Shown here one piece after another: positions 11,598 through 22,577 of a DNA stretch of 33,630 bases; positions within the stretch are counted from its first letter, which is position 1; each line of letters begins with the position of its first letter. Origin of the DNA: Polymyxa betae A26-41 (Eukaryota > Protista > Endomyxa: Phytomyxea); NCBI GenBank assembly GCA_003693705.1, contig RBZT01000960.1:1-33630 (forward strand), given 5' to 3'. The position numbers were made by a program, and so were the translations under genes. The notes beneath the pieces were generated by a model. It did not search any database. It was not told the origin of the DNA and saw nothing but the letters and a program-made list of their open reading frames with translations.

Positions 11598-14500
11598 ATG
11601 CAGACGACGTCCATTGACGAGGGGTTGTACAGCAGACAGATATATGTACTCGGTCATGAAGCAATGTACGCCATGCAATCAGCTACGATTGTTATTCATG
11701 GACTCTCTGGTGTATGATTCATATGTTAAGTACATTTCCTGTTTCGTGATAAAGCCCCATTAGGTTGGCCTAGAAATCGCCAAAAACTTGGTCCTTGCTG
11801 GTGTAAAAAGCATTGTTTTAGTAGATCCTAATCCTGTTTCGAATCGAGATTTGGCATCTGGAGTGAGTCGCTTACTTCTTCATGAAGTTGTCATTTCTCA
11901 AGATTGCAAACCTAGTATTATTACTCGGAATCACAAGTTGGCTGTGTATCTCGCGCTGAAGCTGCATTTCCTCATCTGGCGTCACTTAATCGCTATGTAC
12001 ATGTAGTTCTACATCATGGTTATTACTTGAATGTTCAATACTGAACCTGCTAACAAATTGCTCAGGCAGTTTTGATATCGGGCTGATATCGTCGTATGCT
12101 CCGGTTGCTGTTCTATTATGGGCAGTAGAGCATCCTATCGTGAATGATACATTACTAGTCAATGAATACTGTATTCAACACAATGTTAAATTTATTCAGG
12201 CTGATGTTTTTGGAGTTTGCGGCATGGTTAGCTACGTACTTGAACCTAAAATTTCAAATCTAATGCTTTTTAGGTATTTGTCGACAATGGAGACGAGTTC
12301 GTCGTCCAAGATTGTGATGGCGAACCTGCTCTGGAAGGACTCATTGCACACATATCTAAAGAAGATAATGCTGTTGTTACTTGTTATGATGAAACTCGAC
12401 ATGGACTTTCTACTGGTTTGTCGCTTTTATATTCTTGATTGGCTCTAAGTCTTATACTGTATAATTAGATGACCGCGTTGTATTCGTTGATGTAGAAGGA
12501 ATGACGGAAATCAATGATATTGTTTGTGAGATCACAGTGTTGGGCCCTTTTAGCTTCAAGGTTCATCACAACACTACTCAATATAATGATTACTCAAATG
12601 CCGGTCGCTTCCGGCAAATCAAATCTTCGAAGACCATGCGCTTTTCGCGGCTTCGTGAGAACCTGATTCATCCCAAAATGGCTTGTGTCGAATTTGGTAA
12701 AGAAGATTTTGTCAAACAAGTAATGAACTGATCAACATTGAGCAATACGTTGGTTGCTTTGTTCATTCACCATTAGGTACACATTCTACACCAAGCCCTT
12801 TCTAACTTTCGAATTACCTACAAACGCGAACCTCGTCACGACTCTTGGAATGATGCAGAACAGATTGCAACTATAGCAGACACTATCTGTAATCACAATT
12901 CTCGTATTACGTCCTTACAATAATTGCCATTTATGCAGGCTCGAATAATTCATCTGGAGAATTTGGTCAGATTGTCGACAGAAAATCCATTGTTCGAATG
13001 GCTCGCTGTGCATCATATTGCTTAGCTCCAATTGCTGCTGTTATTGGCGGTATTGCTGCCCAGGAGGTATCGATGTCTTCATAACACATTCTTTGCATCA
13101 AGCATCATTAAATCGGTTTAGGCATTGAAATCTTGTACTGGCAAATTCACTCCTTTTAATCAGCTGTATTATTTTGACTGTATTGAAATCATGTCTGAAG
13201 TTAGTATGAATGCCCTCTTTTCGATCATAATCTGAAGCTCTTCCAAGGCCATTACAGACTGTACCGAGTTTCAAATTTCTGAGGACCATCAGTCCAGATA
13301 TCTGAGCCAGATCGCTGTCATTGGAACCACTCTTAATGAACGCTTGAGACAATGTACGACCTTTTTAATAGGTACTGGAGCTATCGGCTGTGAAATTCTC
13401 AAGAACTGGGCCATGATGGGTGTTGGAACTGGACATTCTGCATCTGTATGATTTTGTTCTTTAAATGCATATTGTGAATATCTGTGCAGATAACTGTTAC
13501 CGATATGGATACCATCGAACGTTCCAACTTAAATCGTCAGTTCTTATTTCGAGATAATGATGTTGGTCAGCTGAAGTCTCTGGCCGCTGCGAATGCAGCT
13601 TGCCTTATGAATCCTCATGTAATCCCTAATCTTTCTCTTCTAAACTTTTTTTATTTTTGGCTTATTTAGGTTAATATTTTGGCTCATAATAACCGTGTCG
13701 GTCCCGAGACTGAATCTGTTTATAATGATCAATTCTGGGACTCTCTAAACATTGTTTGTACCGCTCTGGATAATCTTGATGCGCGACTCTATGTTGATCA
13801 GCGATGTGTCTACTATAAGGTATCGGTATTATTTAAAAAAACAATCGATTTCAACATTATTGTAGAAACCTCTTATGGAGAGCGGTACAATGGGAACAAA
13901 GGGCAATACTCAGATTGTAGTTCCTCATAAAACAGAGTCATACGGTGCCACTCGTGATCCTCCCGAAAAATCTATTCCACTGTGCACTTTGAAGAACTTC
14001 CCGAGGTGAAAAGTATACTTTCATACTCGTATGACTCTTTCATGATTACTGCTATTCAGTCAAATCGAACACACAATCCAATGGGCCCGAGATATCTTTG
14101 AAGGCTGGTTCAAAGTCGGTACTTCGTGTATTGCAAGGATTTATTGCTGAGCTTGGTGATTTTTCATGATAGATCTCGGCTGATACTGTTAATCAGTATT
14201 TGTCAGATTCCGATTTCCTGGATACATTGCGAAAAGAGAATCCCAACTCTCTTCTCGGTATTTTCCTGCAAGTTTCTTATCATTTGTGTTTGATTATTGA
14301 TAGAAACTCTGCGAATCATTGAGAACTCGCTCTCTGTATGTCGTCCTCTGTCTCTTTCAGATTGTGTTCAATGGGCTCGGATTCAATTTGAGAAAGAATT
14401 TAATCACAATATCCAACAACTGTTGGTTACATTCCCTCCGGATTCATTAACATCTTCTGGGACTCCTTTTTGGTAGTCATATTCCATTATCAATGCTGAA

Positions 14501-15694
14501 TGCAATCGTGACCGTCTGCTTTAGGTCGGGTCCGAAACGTGCCCCTTCTCCATTGACGTTTGATGCACAGGTTTAAATCGCTGTTCTTTGTTGAAACTTG
14601 ATTCATTGTTTGTCTTAGGACTCACTACATATGTCATTCATTGTTGCAGCTGCTAATCTACGTGCGTTCAATTTCGGCCTGAACGGATACATTGATTGCG
14701 AGCTCGCCAAGGTATTCAGTCAAGTGTCGTATTTATAATATCGAATAACTGCAATGCTTAGAGTATCATCAAATCAATCCAAGTTCCAGATTTTCATCCT
14801 AAAACTAATGCTCATATTGCTGTAACTGATGATGATATGAATCATACTTCAGATAATGGAAATGAACATGTCGCTGCATTTGAAGCTGATAAGATCATTT
14901 CAAACCTTCCCGCGCCTTCAAAATTAGCAGGCTTTTGTTTGACACCAGTTGAGTTCGAAAAGGACAACGACGCAAACTTTCACATCTCCTTTATAACAGC
15001 CTGTTCTAATCTTCGCGCTCGTAACTATCGAATATCAGAGGTATCAGCCAGTGAGACTAAACGGATTGCTGGAAAGATTATCCCGGCGATTGCAACTACA
15101 ACGGCTATCGTCTCAGGCCTAATCTGTATTGAAATGTATAAAATTCTCCAGGTAGGTGTGCTTATTTACCATTGCAACTGTAAGCTGAGCAACTGTGTTA
15201 GGATCTGACGATAGACAAATTTCGAAATTGTTTCATCAATCTCGCATTACCTCTGTTCTCATTTGCAGAACCCGTTTCACCAGCTGTTAATTGCTCTTCG
15301 ATTGGTTCTAATGCAGAACGTTCGTTGGAGTGGACTCAATGGGATTACATCGATGTTCCATTAGGTAAGCAGCTTTCCCCATTTTGTTGATGGTCTTTAT
15401 ATTGATGGAGATATGATAGGAAATTGCACTTTATCGCAATTAATCGGCTATTTAAAGGAGGAGTTTGAAGTTCATGTCGAGATGTTATCATATGGAGCTT
15501 CATTATTGTTTGCATTCTTCTCTCCTCAGGCTACTCGCAATAGTCGTCTTCCCATGCGTATCACTGATCTTATCACCAGTGTAACCAAACAACAGTTTCC
15601 AGCTAACAAAAGATACATCGTTCTCGAAGCTTGCTTAACTAATGCTAACGATGATGATGTGGATTTCCCAAGTCTTCGCCTGAATTTGCAATAA
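11598..15694 (+). CDS. UBA1: Ubiquitin-activating enzyme E1, about 20 exons
   Basis: Starts [19 protein letters not shown]; also [41 protein letters not shown], catalytic [14 protein letters not shown] (Cys codon 13983-13985), [23 protein letters not shown] and a C-terminal UFD. Confidence 0.97.
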
Positions 15695-15719
15695 TTATGT
15701 TGCAATAAACGGTGTGTTT

Positions 15720-16700
15720 CAGTGTCGGACCAAGAACCGCCTCGCTTATCTCGTTAGTTGTTAAGAGTATAGAGGGGATTGGTTATTGTGTATAATACAG
15801 TGTTGCAAGATCACTTTATCTCTGTATATTGCTGTCCAAACAGCGTACCATATCAGATTCCATGAATATGGAGAAACTTGAATGATGACGCTGTAACCTG
15901 ATTGGTTGTTAACAGCATTTGCAGAGTTTCAATACATAACGATCTACAATATTGCATGGCACATCAAATTGATCTAGTTCGAAGCTCGAATACTTGTTGA
16001 AGAACATGCAGAGATGTTATAGCTGTCTTCACTGTCTATCTGGGTATCTGTTGAGCATATGATCACAATTTGATTGTTTATGGATTTAGATCTTCATATT
16101 CAACATCATCAAAGTACATATCTGATGCACCAACAAGGCATTTCTCCAATGCTTGTTGATAATTCCATTGGACATGTTCAAACTCGTTCTTGTTCATTCG
16201 TTTCTGATCGTTGCCCTGGGTTGAATCTCGTTTCCGCTTAGATCTTGGCGATGACGTCTTGGTTGAAGCGATCTGGACTCCTGCTTGTGATTGTTGTGGA
16301 TATGATCCAATAACAACTGGATATTGTTCTGTTGGTGTGTTTATGTTCATCACTGACTGATTCGGACACAATTCTCAATTTCAAAGTGACTTGATTGAAG
16401 GTCATGGCCACATTAACTTGAACATAATTGCAATGAGTTGACTCAATACCGACCTGATCATTGACTACATATTCATTCATTAGTAGATTGATCGAGATAG
16501 TTCAGCATAACCTAACATTGCTCTGACTTAACAACTGGACTATTATGATGAGATTTAGATTTAAGATGTTTTGAAAGGAATTCCCGAATAGCCTTCTTTG
16601 CATCGCGAACTAATCCAGGGGTATATCTGCTGTTGCTCGATGATTCGTATTGACTACAAATATGTTCTGAATATGAATAACAGAATAGTAACACCGACTT
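15720..16700 (-). pseudogene. Probable decayed gene of unknown family
   Basis: Overlapping minus-strand ORF fragments in different frames (16512-16694, 16238-16480, 16078-16371 with KRKR). Downstream exon-like stretches contain in-frame TAG/TGA/TAA that I could not remove with canonical introns. Confidence 0.35.
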
Positions 16701-17385
16701 AATTCATGGAATTTGTATTCAGGTTCTGATATGATTGTTTTATCAATCATTTGAATATCAATGATGAAATGTTTATAGATACATTTCATGGAAGATTGAT
16801 TTTGTATTGGGAGATGAATATGTCTAAAGTCGTGTATTTACTATGTATATTCAATGGGAATGTGATATCGTTAAAGATCAAGATATCATCATCAGATATG
16901 CTGTATATTGTCATATAGGTTGGAATAGGTTCTTGAGATCTCGTTAAACATTCTACAAATATTCAATACAGGGCCCAATATATTCCTCCATCTGTGAGAA
17001 TCTATCACATAATCCTGCATTAATTGCAGCTATTTTCTTCACAAAATATCCAGATATTCATGTTTATTTTCTACTATCACGTCACAGGTAATTTGCCCAA
17101 TAATCGGCTTACTCTAAACAGAAGTTTCCACCTTTCACAAACGACATTATCAAGGTCGGTACTGTACTGTCCCTGTTAATTGTTTCTTGCAGACTAGAAC
17201 CGTACTGGATCCGATCCCGATTTATTTGTACATTGCAGCTCTGCCTTGGTCATAACTACCATTTTGGTACTGATTGAAGCAGCGATAACGATCGATCATG
17301 ATCTGTACAATGTGTACCTGCTGGCAGCCAACACCATGACCTGTCGTTGAGCTCATCTTCAAGCTCATAATCTAATCTGCTCGAT

Positions 17386-19236
17386 ATGGCTCGCTTGGCT
17401 GTTTTCGCTAGTGCTGTTCTTGGCCTTGGTGCTTTTACTGAGGCCAGACAGAAGGCTGCTAATGAAGTTCATGCTCTATCCAAGGATATGGGCGAATCCC
17501 TATCGAACATTGCTGGACGATTCCTCTCCAAATCGGAGATCGAAGCTCTTGTGACGTTATCATCACCCAAAGATGTGTTCATCAATGAGATCGATCAGCT
17601 GCAGAAGGAGATTATCAAAGAATGCCATGCTGAGACTGACACCTTCAACGAATGGCTTCAATCGAAGCAAAACGATCTTTACAACAACAATCTCCAGCTG
17701 AGCTCTCTTCAAGGACATCTTTCTGATGTTCAGAACACGATTGCACAACTTCAGGGACAATTAACTGGAGCTCAAGAAGATCAAGGAAATCTTCAACAAC
17801 AACTTGAGGGAGCTCAAAACGACCTGTTATCGTACCAGCAACAACTCCAAGACGCCATTGAAGAACGTCAGAAGACTCATGATCAGAACGAAGCTATCAT
17901 CAAACAACATCACGACTCTCTTGCTGTTCTTCAAGGTCTTCGTGATCTCGTTGCTAACTTTGATGTCAACAAGAACGATGTCATGAGCAAGCAGCTTGCC
18001 AAAGTTCCCAAAGTGAACCGCCTTCACAAGCATGCCTCCAAGATCAATGCTTTGATCACCTCGGTTAAAGAGAAGATCGCTAAAGCCCTGACCAAAGATC
18101 CTCAAGAGAAGGCCAGGATCAAGGACAACCTGTTGAAAATGATTGATGGAGTTATGGCCGGTGTTCAAGATTCTCTGAACTTGTATCAATCTCAGGAAGA
18201 CGCTCTTCAACAGAAGTTCGACAATGAAGTGAAGCCAGGCTTGGAACAGATGATCTCTCAAACTCAGGATCACATTGGTGCTCTTCAGACTGAGATTGGT
18301 CAAGTTGTTGGAGATATTGGCTCTATTCAGAGCGATCTTGACCAAGCTAATGATGATCTCGATCAGACTCAAAGCCAGATCTCCACCCTTGAAGGTCTCA
18401 TTCAATCATTACAGGATCAGATCCAACAAGGCATTGATGCTCACAACGACAAACAGTCCAAGTGCAAGGCTGATCTGGATGCTCTTGAAGAGATTCGTCA
18501 ATACGTTGTCGCTAATGTTCATGGTGCTACTCCTGGTAACAACTGTAATCCAGAATCACCAACATGTCCACGATGTCTTTATGATGGTCACTGCTCTCAA
18601 GGTCAAATCTGTACAGATGATGGTGTCTGTGGTGTTCCTCCCACTACTGCTCCTCCTCAACCACAATCATACTCAGCCTTGATCACCGATGTTGTTGGTC
18701 CTCAGCAAGGTCGTCGTGTTGATGCTGGTGTCGTCTCTCAGACTTCTTTTTCCAATGGCGATTACACCTATATCTTCAAGTACCAGCAGCTATCAAACGC
18801 TGATGGATGGGGTAACCTGTTCAACGTTGTTCCAACTCAACCTGGATGGCCCTTCCCTAACCAAGCTGCTCTGTTCCTTACTGGCAACATGTTCGAGATT
18901 GATGTCTGTGATGGTTCAAAGCCATGGAGTGAGAGCTACTGGTACCGTAACTTCTATCTTGATCAGGTCGAACTCGGTCAATGGAACGCCATCGCTTTCA
19001 TCGTCAGCGGCTCAACCAGATCCGTTACCTTCGTTCATCGCAACAGCGCTGGAAAGATCAAGAGCCAGAGCTGGGCTGATTATCATGGAACTGTTCAACA
19101 ATTCCCAGAAACCGGAATCTATGTTAACGGTCGCGATTACAACAATCTCAACTCTAACTTTGATGACTTCCGTCGTTACGAGCGTGCTTTGGGCGAGAAT
19201 GAGGTCGAATCCGTGTTCAACGAGTTCTTCGCTTGA
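17386..19236 (+). CDS. Secreted 616-aa protein: signal peptide, two acidic/Gln-rich coiled coils split by a basic linker, a 6-Cys module, a P/T linker and a C-terminal LamG/concanavalin-A-like domain; intronless
   Basis: Clean long ORF with strong codon bias (aag, aac, atc, ttc, gct, ggt). Heptad repeats; CNPESPTCPRCLYDGHCSQGQICTDDGVC; the ending NFDDFRRYERALGENEV matches the LamG3 'IDEVRIYNRALS..EI' pattern. Confidence 0.9.
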   Translation: MARLAVFASAVLGLGAFTEARQKAANEVHALSKDMGESLSNIAGRFLSKSEIEALVTLSSPKDVFINEIDQLQKEIIKECHAETDTFNEWLQSKQNDLYNNNLQLSSLQGHLSDVQNTIAQLQGQLTGAQEDQGNLQQQLEGAQNDLLSYQQQLQDAIEERQKTHDQNEAIIKQHHDSLAVLQGLRDLVANFDVNKNDVMSKQLAKVPKVNRLHKHASKINALITSVKEKIAKALTKDPQEKARIKDNLLKMIDGVMAGVQDSLNLYQSQEDALQQKFDNEVKPGLEQMISQTQDHIGALQTEIGQVVGDIGSIQSDLDQANDDLDQTQSQISTLEGLIQSLQDQIQQGIDAHNDKQSKCKADLDALEEIRQYVVANVHGATPGNNCNPESPTCPRCLYDGHCSQGQICTDDGVCGVPPTTAPPQPQSYSALITDVVGPQQGRRVDAGVVSQTSFSNGDYTYIFKYQQLSNADGWGNLFNVVPTQPGWPFPNQAALFLTGNMFEIDVCDGSKPWSESYWYRNFYLDQVELGQWNAIAFIVSGSTRSVTFVHRNSAGKIKSQSWADYHGTVQQFPETGIYVNGRDYNNLNSNFDDFRRYERALGENEVESVFNEFFA

Positions 19237-19980
19237 ACAAGAACGTTGGTTCATCTAATTGATGCTCCGTTCTGATTGCTTTGTATTATAATAATACAAG
19301 TTTTGCTTTTTCACTGCATATAATTGAGTTTCTATTCGTCAGCTTTTTCTCAACTTTAACAGTAGCAAAGTGAAGGAGTGCTTTTTTAAATAGTTAAGAC
19401 CGTTCAGCGAATGTACTCAACCTGGTTTTACCTGATGGCATCTTCCAGCACTTGATCATCTGTCATCATGATTGGTCGACCTTATCTACACCAATCGGAA
19501 TGGTTTTCAGGAATCGTCAGGTAAATCTGTCTGTATGTTTGAATATCAACAGGTCTTAGGTGCGATAATGCCGCGTCCAACCTCTGGTAATATGATTGTG
19601 TTAGTGGTAGATTGACGACATTCTCTCAGTATTATAGAGAATAGAACTCGTGTACAGCAGACAGAGCAGACTAATTGGTATTGCTGGTTTGCAGCAATCT
19701 GTTGTTGGTGAGATAAAGTGAAACCGATCCCACACTTGTTTTTCTCCAGGCAAGACCATTGCTTCTATGAAACCGATCTTCTATATATCCCACGATTGTG
19801 GTCGCTGCGAGCATGTTTTGAGAAAAGACGCAATCAACAAAATAAGGGTTGTTCTTAAAATAAGTCTGTTCAACATGAATATTATAATGAAATATATCTA
19901 CCATCAAATACATTGACAATATACACATTGTGCAGAGAGACGTTTTTCTTTCTGAAATTCGAATTGACATTGCTAGACAA

Positions 19981-20801
19981 TTAAAGCGAGGTTCGGCCAA
20001 GAGCTTTTGATACTTGAACCATTGTGTCTTCAGGGCTAGTGACAGTATGTCCCACTGTCCTTGAATCCTCAAAGATTTCATGATCGTTCCCGCCTTTATG
20101 GGTTTTATCACCGAAGAAGTGGACCTCATCGAAACCATCATCTTCGAGGAACGACAGGCAGTACCGTTTATCCCAGCCGTTTGGAAAAACATCGAAGCTG
20201 ATTTGGCCTCCAATTGAGTAAGTTAGGCCATAATCAGGGAATTCAGCCTTCAAAGACTCGATCATTTTAGCTCGAACATGGTGTGTTTGATCGTATTTCT
20301 CAAATTCGTCACGCTCGCATTGCGAGCAGTTTCTACCGATTGGAGACACGTTTATCATACCTGTTCGAAACTCCACGAATGTTCCTCGCTGCTTGGGTAT
20401 ATCAAGATTAGCAATGTATCGGAGACAGAATTTGATGAAGTTCTGAAGACGTTCTTCACCAAAATATTCTCTGATGCTGGTTGAGCCAAGAGAGTCGCCT
20501 TTACGAAATGATACGAGTCCATTCTCAGAGAAGCCATAATCGAATTCAGTGACACATGAATCACCGAGTTGCTCCTTGATCTTGACCAAGTCAGAGCCAC
20601 CAACAAATCCAATATAGACATGTTTCTTGAGGTTATGCAAGAAATCAATAACAGATTGTTCGGCTTTCTATGACACATTTCAATCTTATTGTTGTAGAAG
20701 CTTGCCACCTAGTTTACCATTCGGGGTTTCGTTAATGTACCATCAACATCGAAAAGAAAAATCTTCCGAGGTCGAGCAGATGGTGACTGAGAACGACTCA
20801 T
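19981..20801 (-). CDS. PMM: Eukaryotic phosphomannomutase (HAD IIB; SEC53/PMM2 family), 2 exons, intron 20668-20717
   Basis: Exon 1 [28 protein letters not shown]; then [71 protein letters not shown]. Confidence 0.97.
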
Positions 20802-20954
20802 ATGGAATCAGCTGATACCTTAATTGAATAACAACAGGATGGTTAATAACCAGATTAATTAGTGAGAGTGATATTAGACGAAAGGACCTTACAGCCTCCT
20901 TGATCTATTATAGAGAGATCAATCAGGACTCAGGCCTCTTCACCATCAGTTAAA

Positions 20955-20990
20955 GGCTCCGCCCACCACTACTTTCCACCATATAAAAGC
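20955..20990 (+). promoter_or_regulatory. GC-box-like (CTCCGCCC) and TATA-like (TATAAAAG) motifs in the divergent PMM/PGP intergenic region
   Basis: Motif match and position between head-to-head genes only. Confidence 0.3.
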
Positions 20991-21330
20991 CCTCCAATAA
21001 AATGAGCAGAATGAGAGGATCAGATCGGATGGTTGAGATTGCAAATTTATTGTGGTTTATTTGATAATTCATATAGCAGTTATTTAATGGTAGTTATTTT
21101 TAGTATCCAGATGTTTAGAAACCAAACTCAACAAAACCGCTGTTACAGAGTCAGATTAAATCTCGTAGTCTGATGGTGGTTGGCGTAGGTTCAGTGTAAA
21201 GACCAGAAATCATATGGAATCTTCTTAATAGCTAATAGTGATGGCTGTTTGATATGGCTGCGCCTTAACTCGATTTAGAACACATCAGCGTCGTCTCATT
21301 CAGTAGGGCCAATCTTAATTGCCTGCTTTT

Positions 21331-22534
21331 ATGACGGATCTGGATCTTGACAAATATCAGACCATCCTCTTTGACTGTGATGGTGTCATGTACGTGATAG
21401 AGACTACTGACTATTCGTGATTCTTGAGCGCTTTTATTTCACACTAGATGGAGAAACAGATTGCTTATAAATGGTGCTGATCGGGTCATTAAGCGTCTTC
21501 GTGAAATGGTACAATAGCGTCGATAATTTTGCTTGCCTGCTGAAATGCAAAAATTAGGGCAAGCGGTTGTATTTCATCTCGAATAATTCAGGTGCCACTC
21601 GCCAGCAATATGTTAATAAGCTGCAATCGTTCGGCATTGATGCAACTATAAACGACATCGTTTGCTCTGCATATGCTACAGCTCAATATCTGAAACAAAT
21701 CAATTATCAAGGCTGCGCTTACATCATCGGTCAGGAATCTATTTCGCTTGAACTTAAAGATGCTGGAATCAATTGCATAGAATCATTCAAGGTAATCCAT
21801 TTCTTATTTTACACTTGTTAGTCATACTCGTCCGACATGATGTAATTTTTCTATATTCCTGTAATCATCGGCTATATTCATACAGATACACCCAGCCAAT
21901 ATTCCGACTTCCGAATTCGAAAATCTCTCTATCGATCATTCAATCACAGCTGTGATTGTTGGATTCGATTACGGATTCAATTGTAAATCTCCAACGCTTC
22001 TAACAACAGGTATTTAAACTGCTTTTGGTTGCATAGATCTCAAGATGGCATATGCTCAACGGTTACTGTTTAAGGTGCATGCATCTATCAGAATTTTCTA
22101 TTCGGTTTCTTATTTGCTGGCATTAGCGCCCAGACGTGGTATTTATCAGCACAAACAACGATCCAGTATATCCCACAGCAGACCTTCAGTTTTTGCCTGG
22201 AGCGGGATCATGTGTGGCAAGCGTATCAACTGCAGCTCAAAGGGAACCCTATAACATTGGCAAACCCCAGCCCTATATGTTCAACCTTATCAAAAGGTTC
22301 AGGTCTTTAACTTTATGCAAATCACAGTTCTGAGTCAATTTCAACAGACGTGACAATCTCGACCGAGAATCGTGTTTAATGATTGGCGATAATCTGTCTA
22401 CCGATATCCTGTTCGGGAAGAATTGCGGTTTAAAGACATTGCTGGTTTTAACTGGGGTTGCCACGTCTGAAGATGTTGCCTCTTGCCAAGCTCCACCTGA
22501 TTACATACTGAAATCAGTCGATGAGCTGATTTGA
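21331..22534 (+). CDS. PGP: HAD IIA phosphatase (phosphoglycolate / 4-nitrophenylphosphatase, PGP/PHO13 family), 7 exons
   Basis: Spliced: YQTILFDCDGVIW, FISNNS, AVIVGFD, FISTNND, PGAGS, IGKPQP, MIGDNLSTDILFG.NCG.KTLLVLTGV, PDY. Confidence 0.92.
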
Positions 22535-22577
22535 AAATCCTTTCAGTACATAATGTTCGATATTGTCGTACTGTTGC

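Noticed and set aside
17563-19258. Long overlapping and antisense ORFs in the 616-aa gene (and 19671-20213 over PMM)
   Set aside because: Expected shadows of strongly biased codon usage.
21792-21885. Possible micro-exons in the double-length (~94-nt) introns of PGP and of S2P (24705-24798)
   Set aside because: Internal AG/GT pairs do not give frame-preserving micro-exons with plausible intron sizes.
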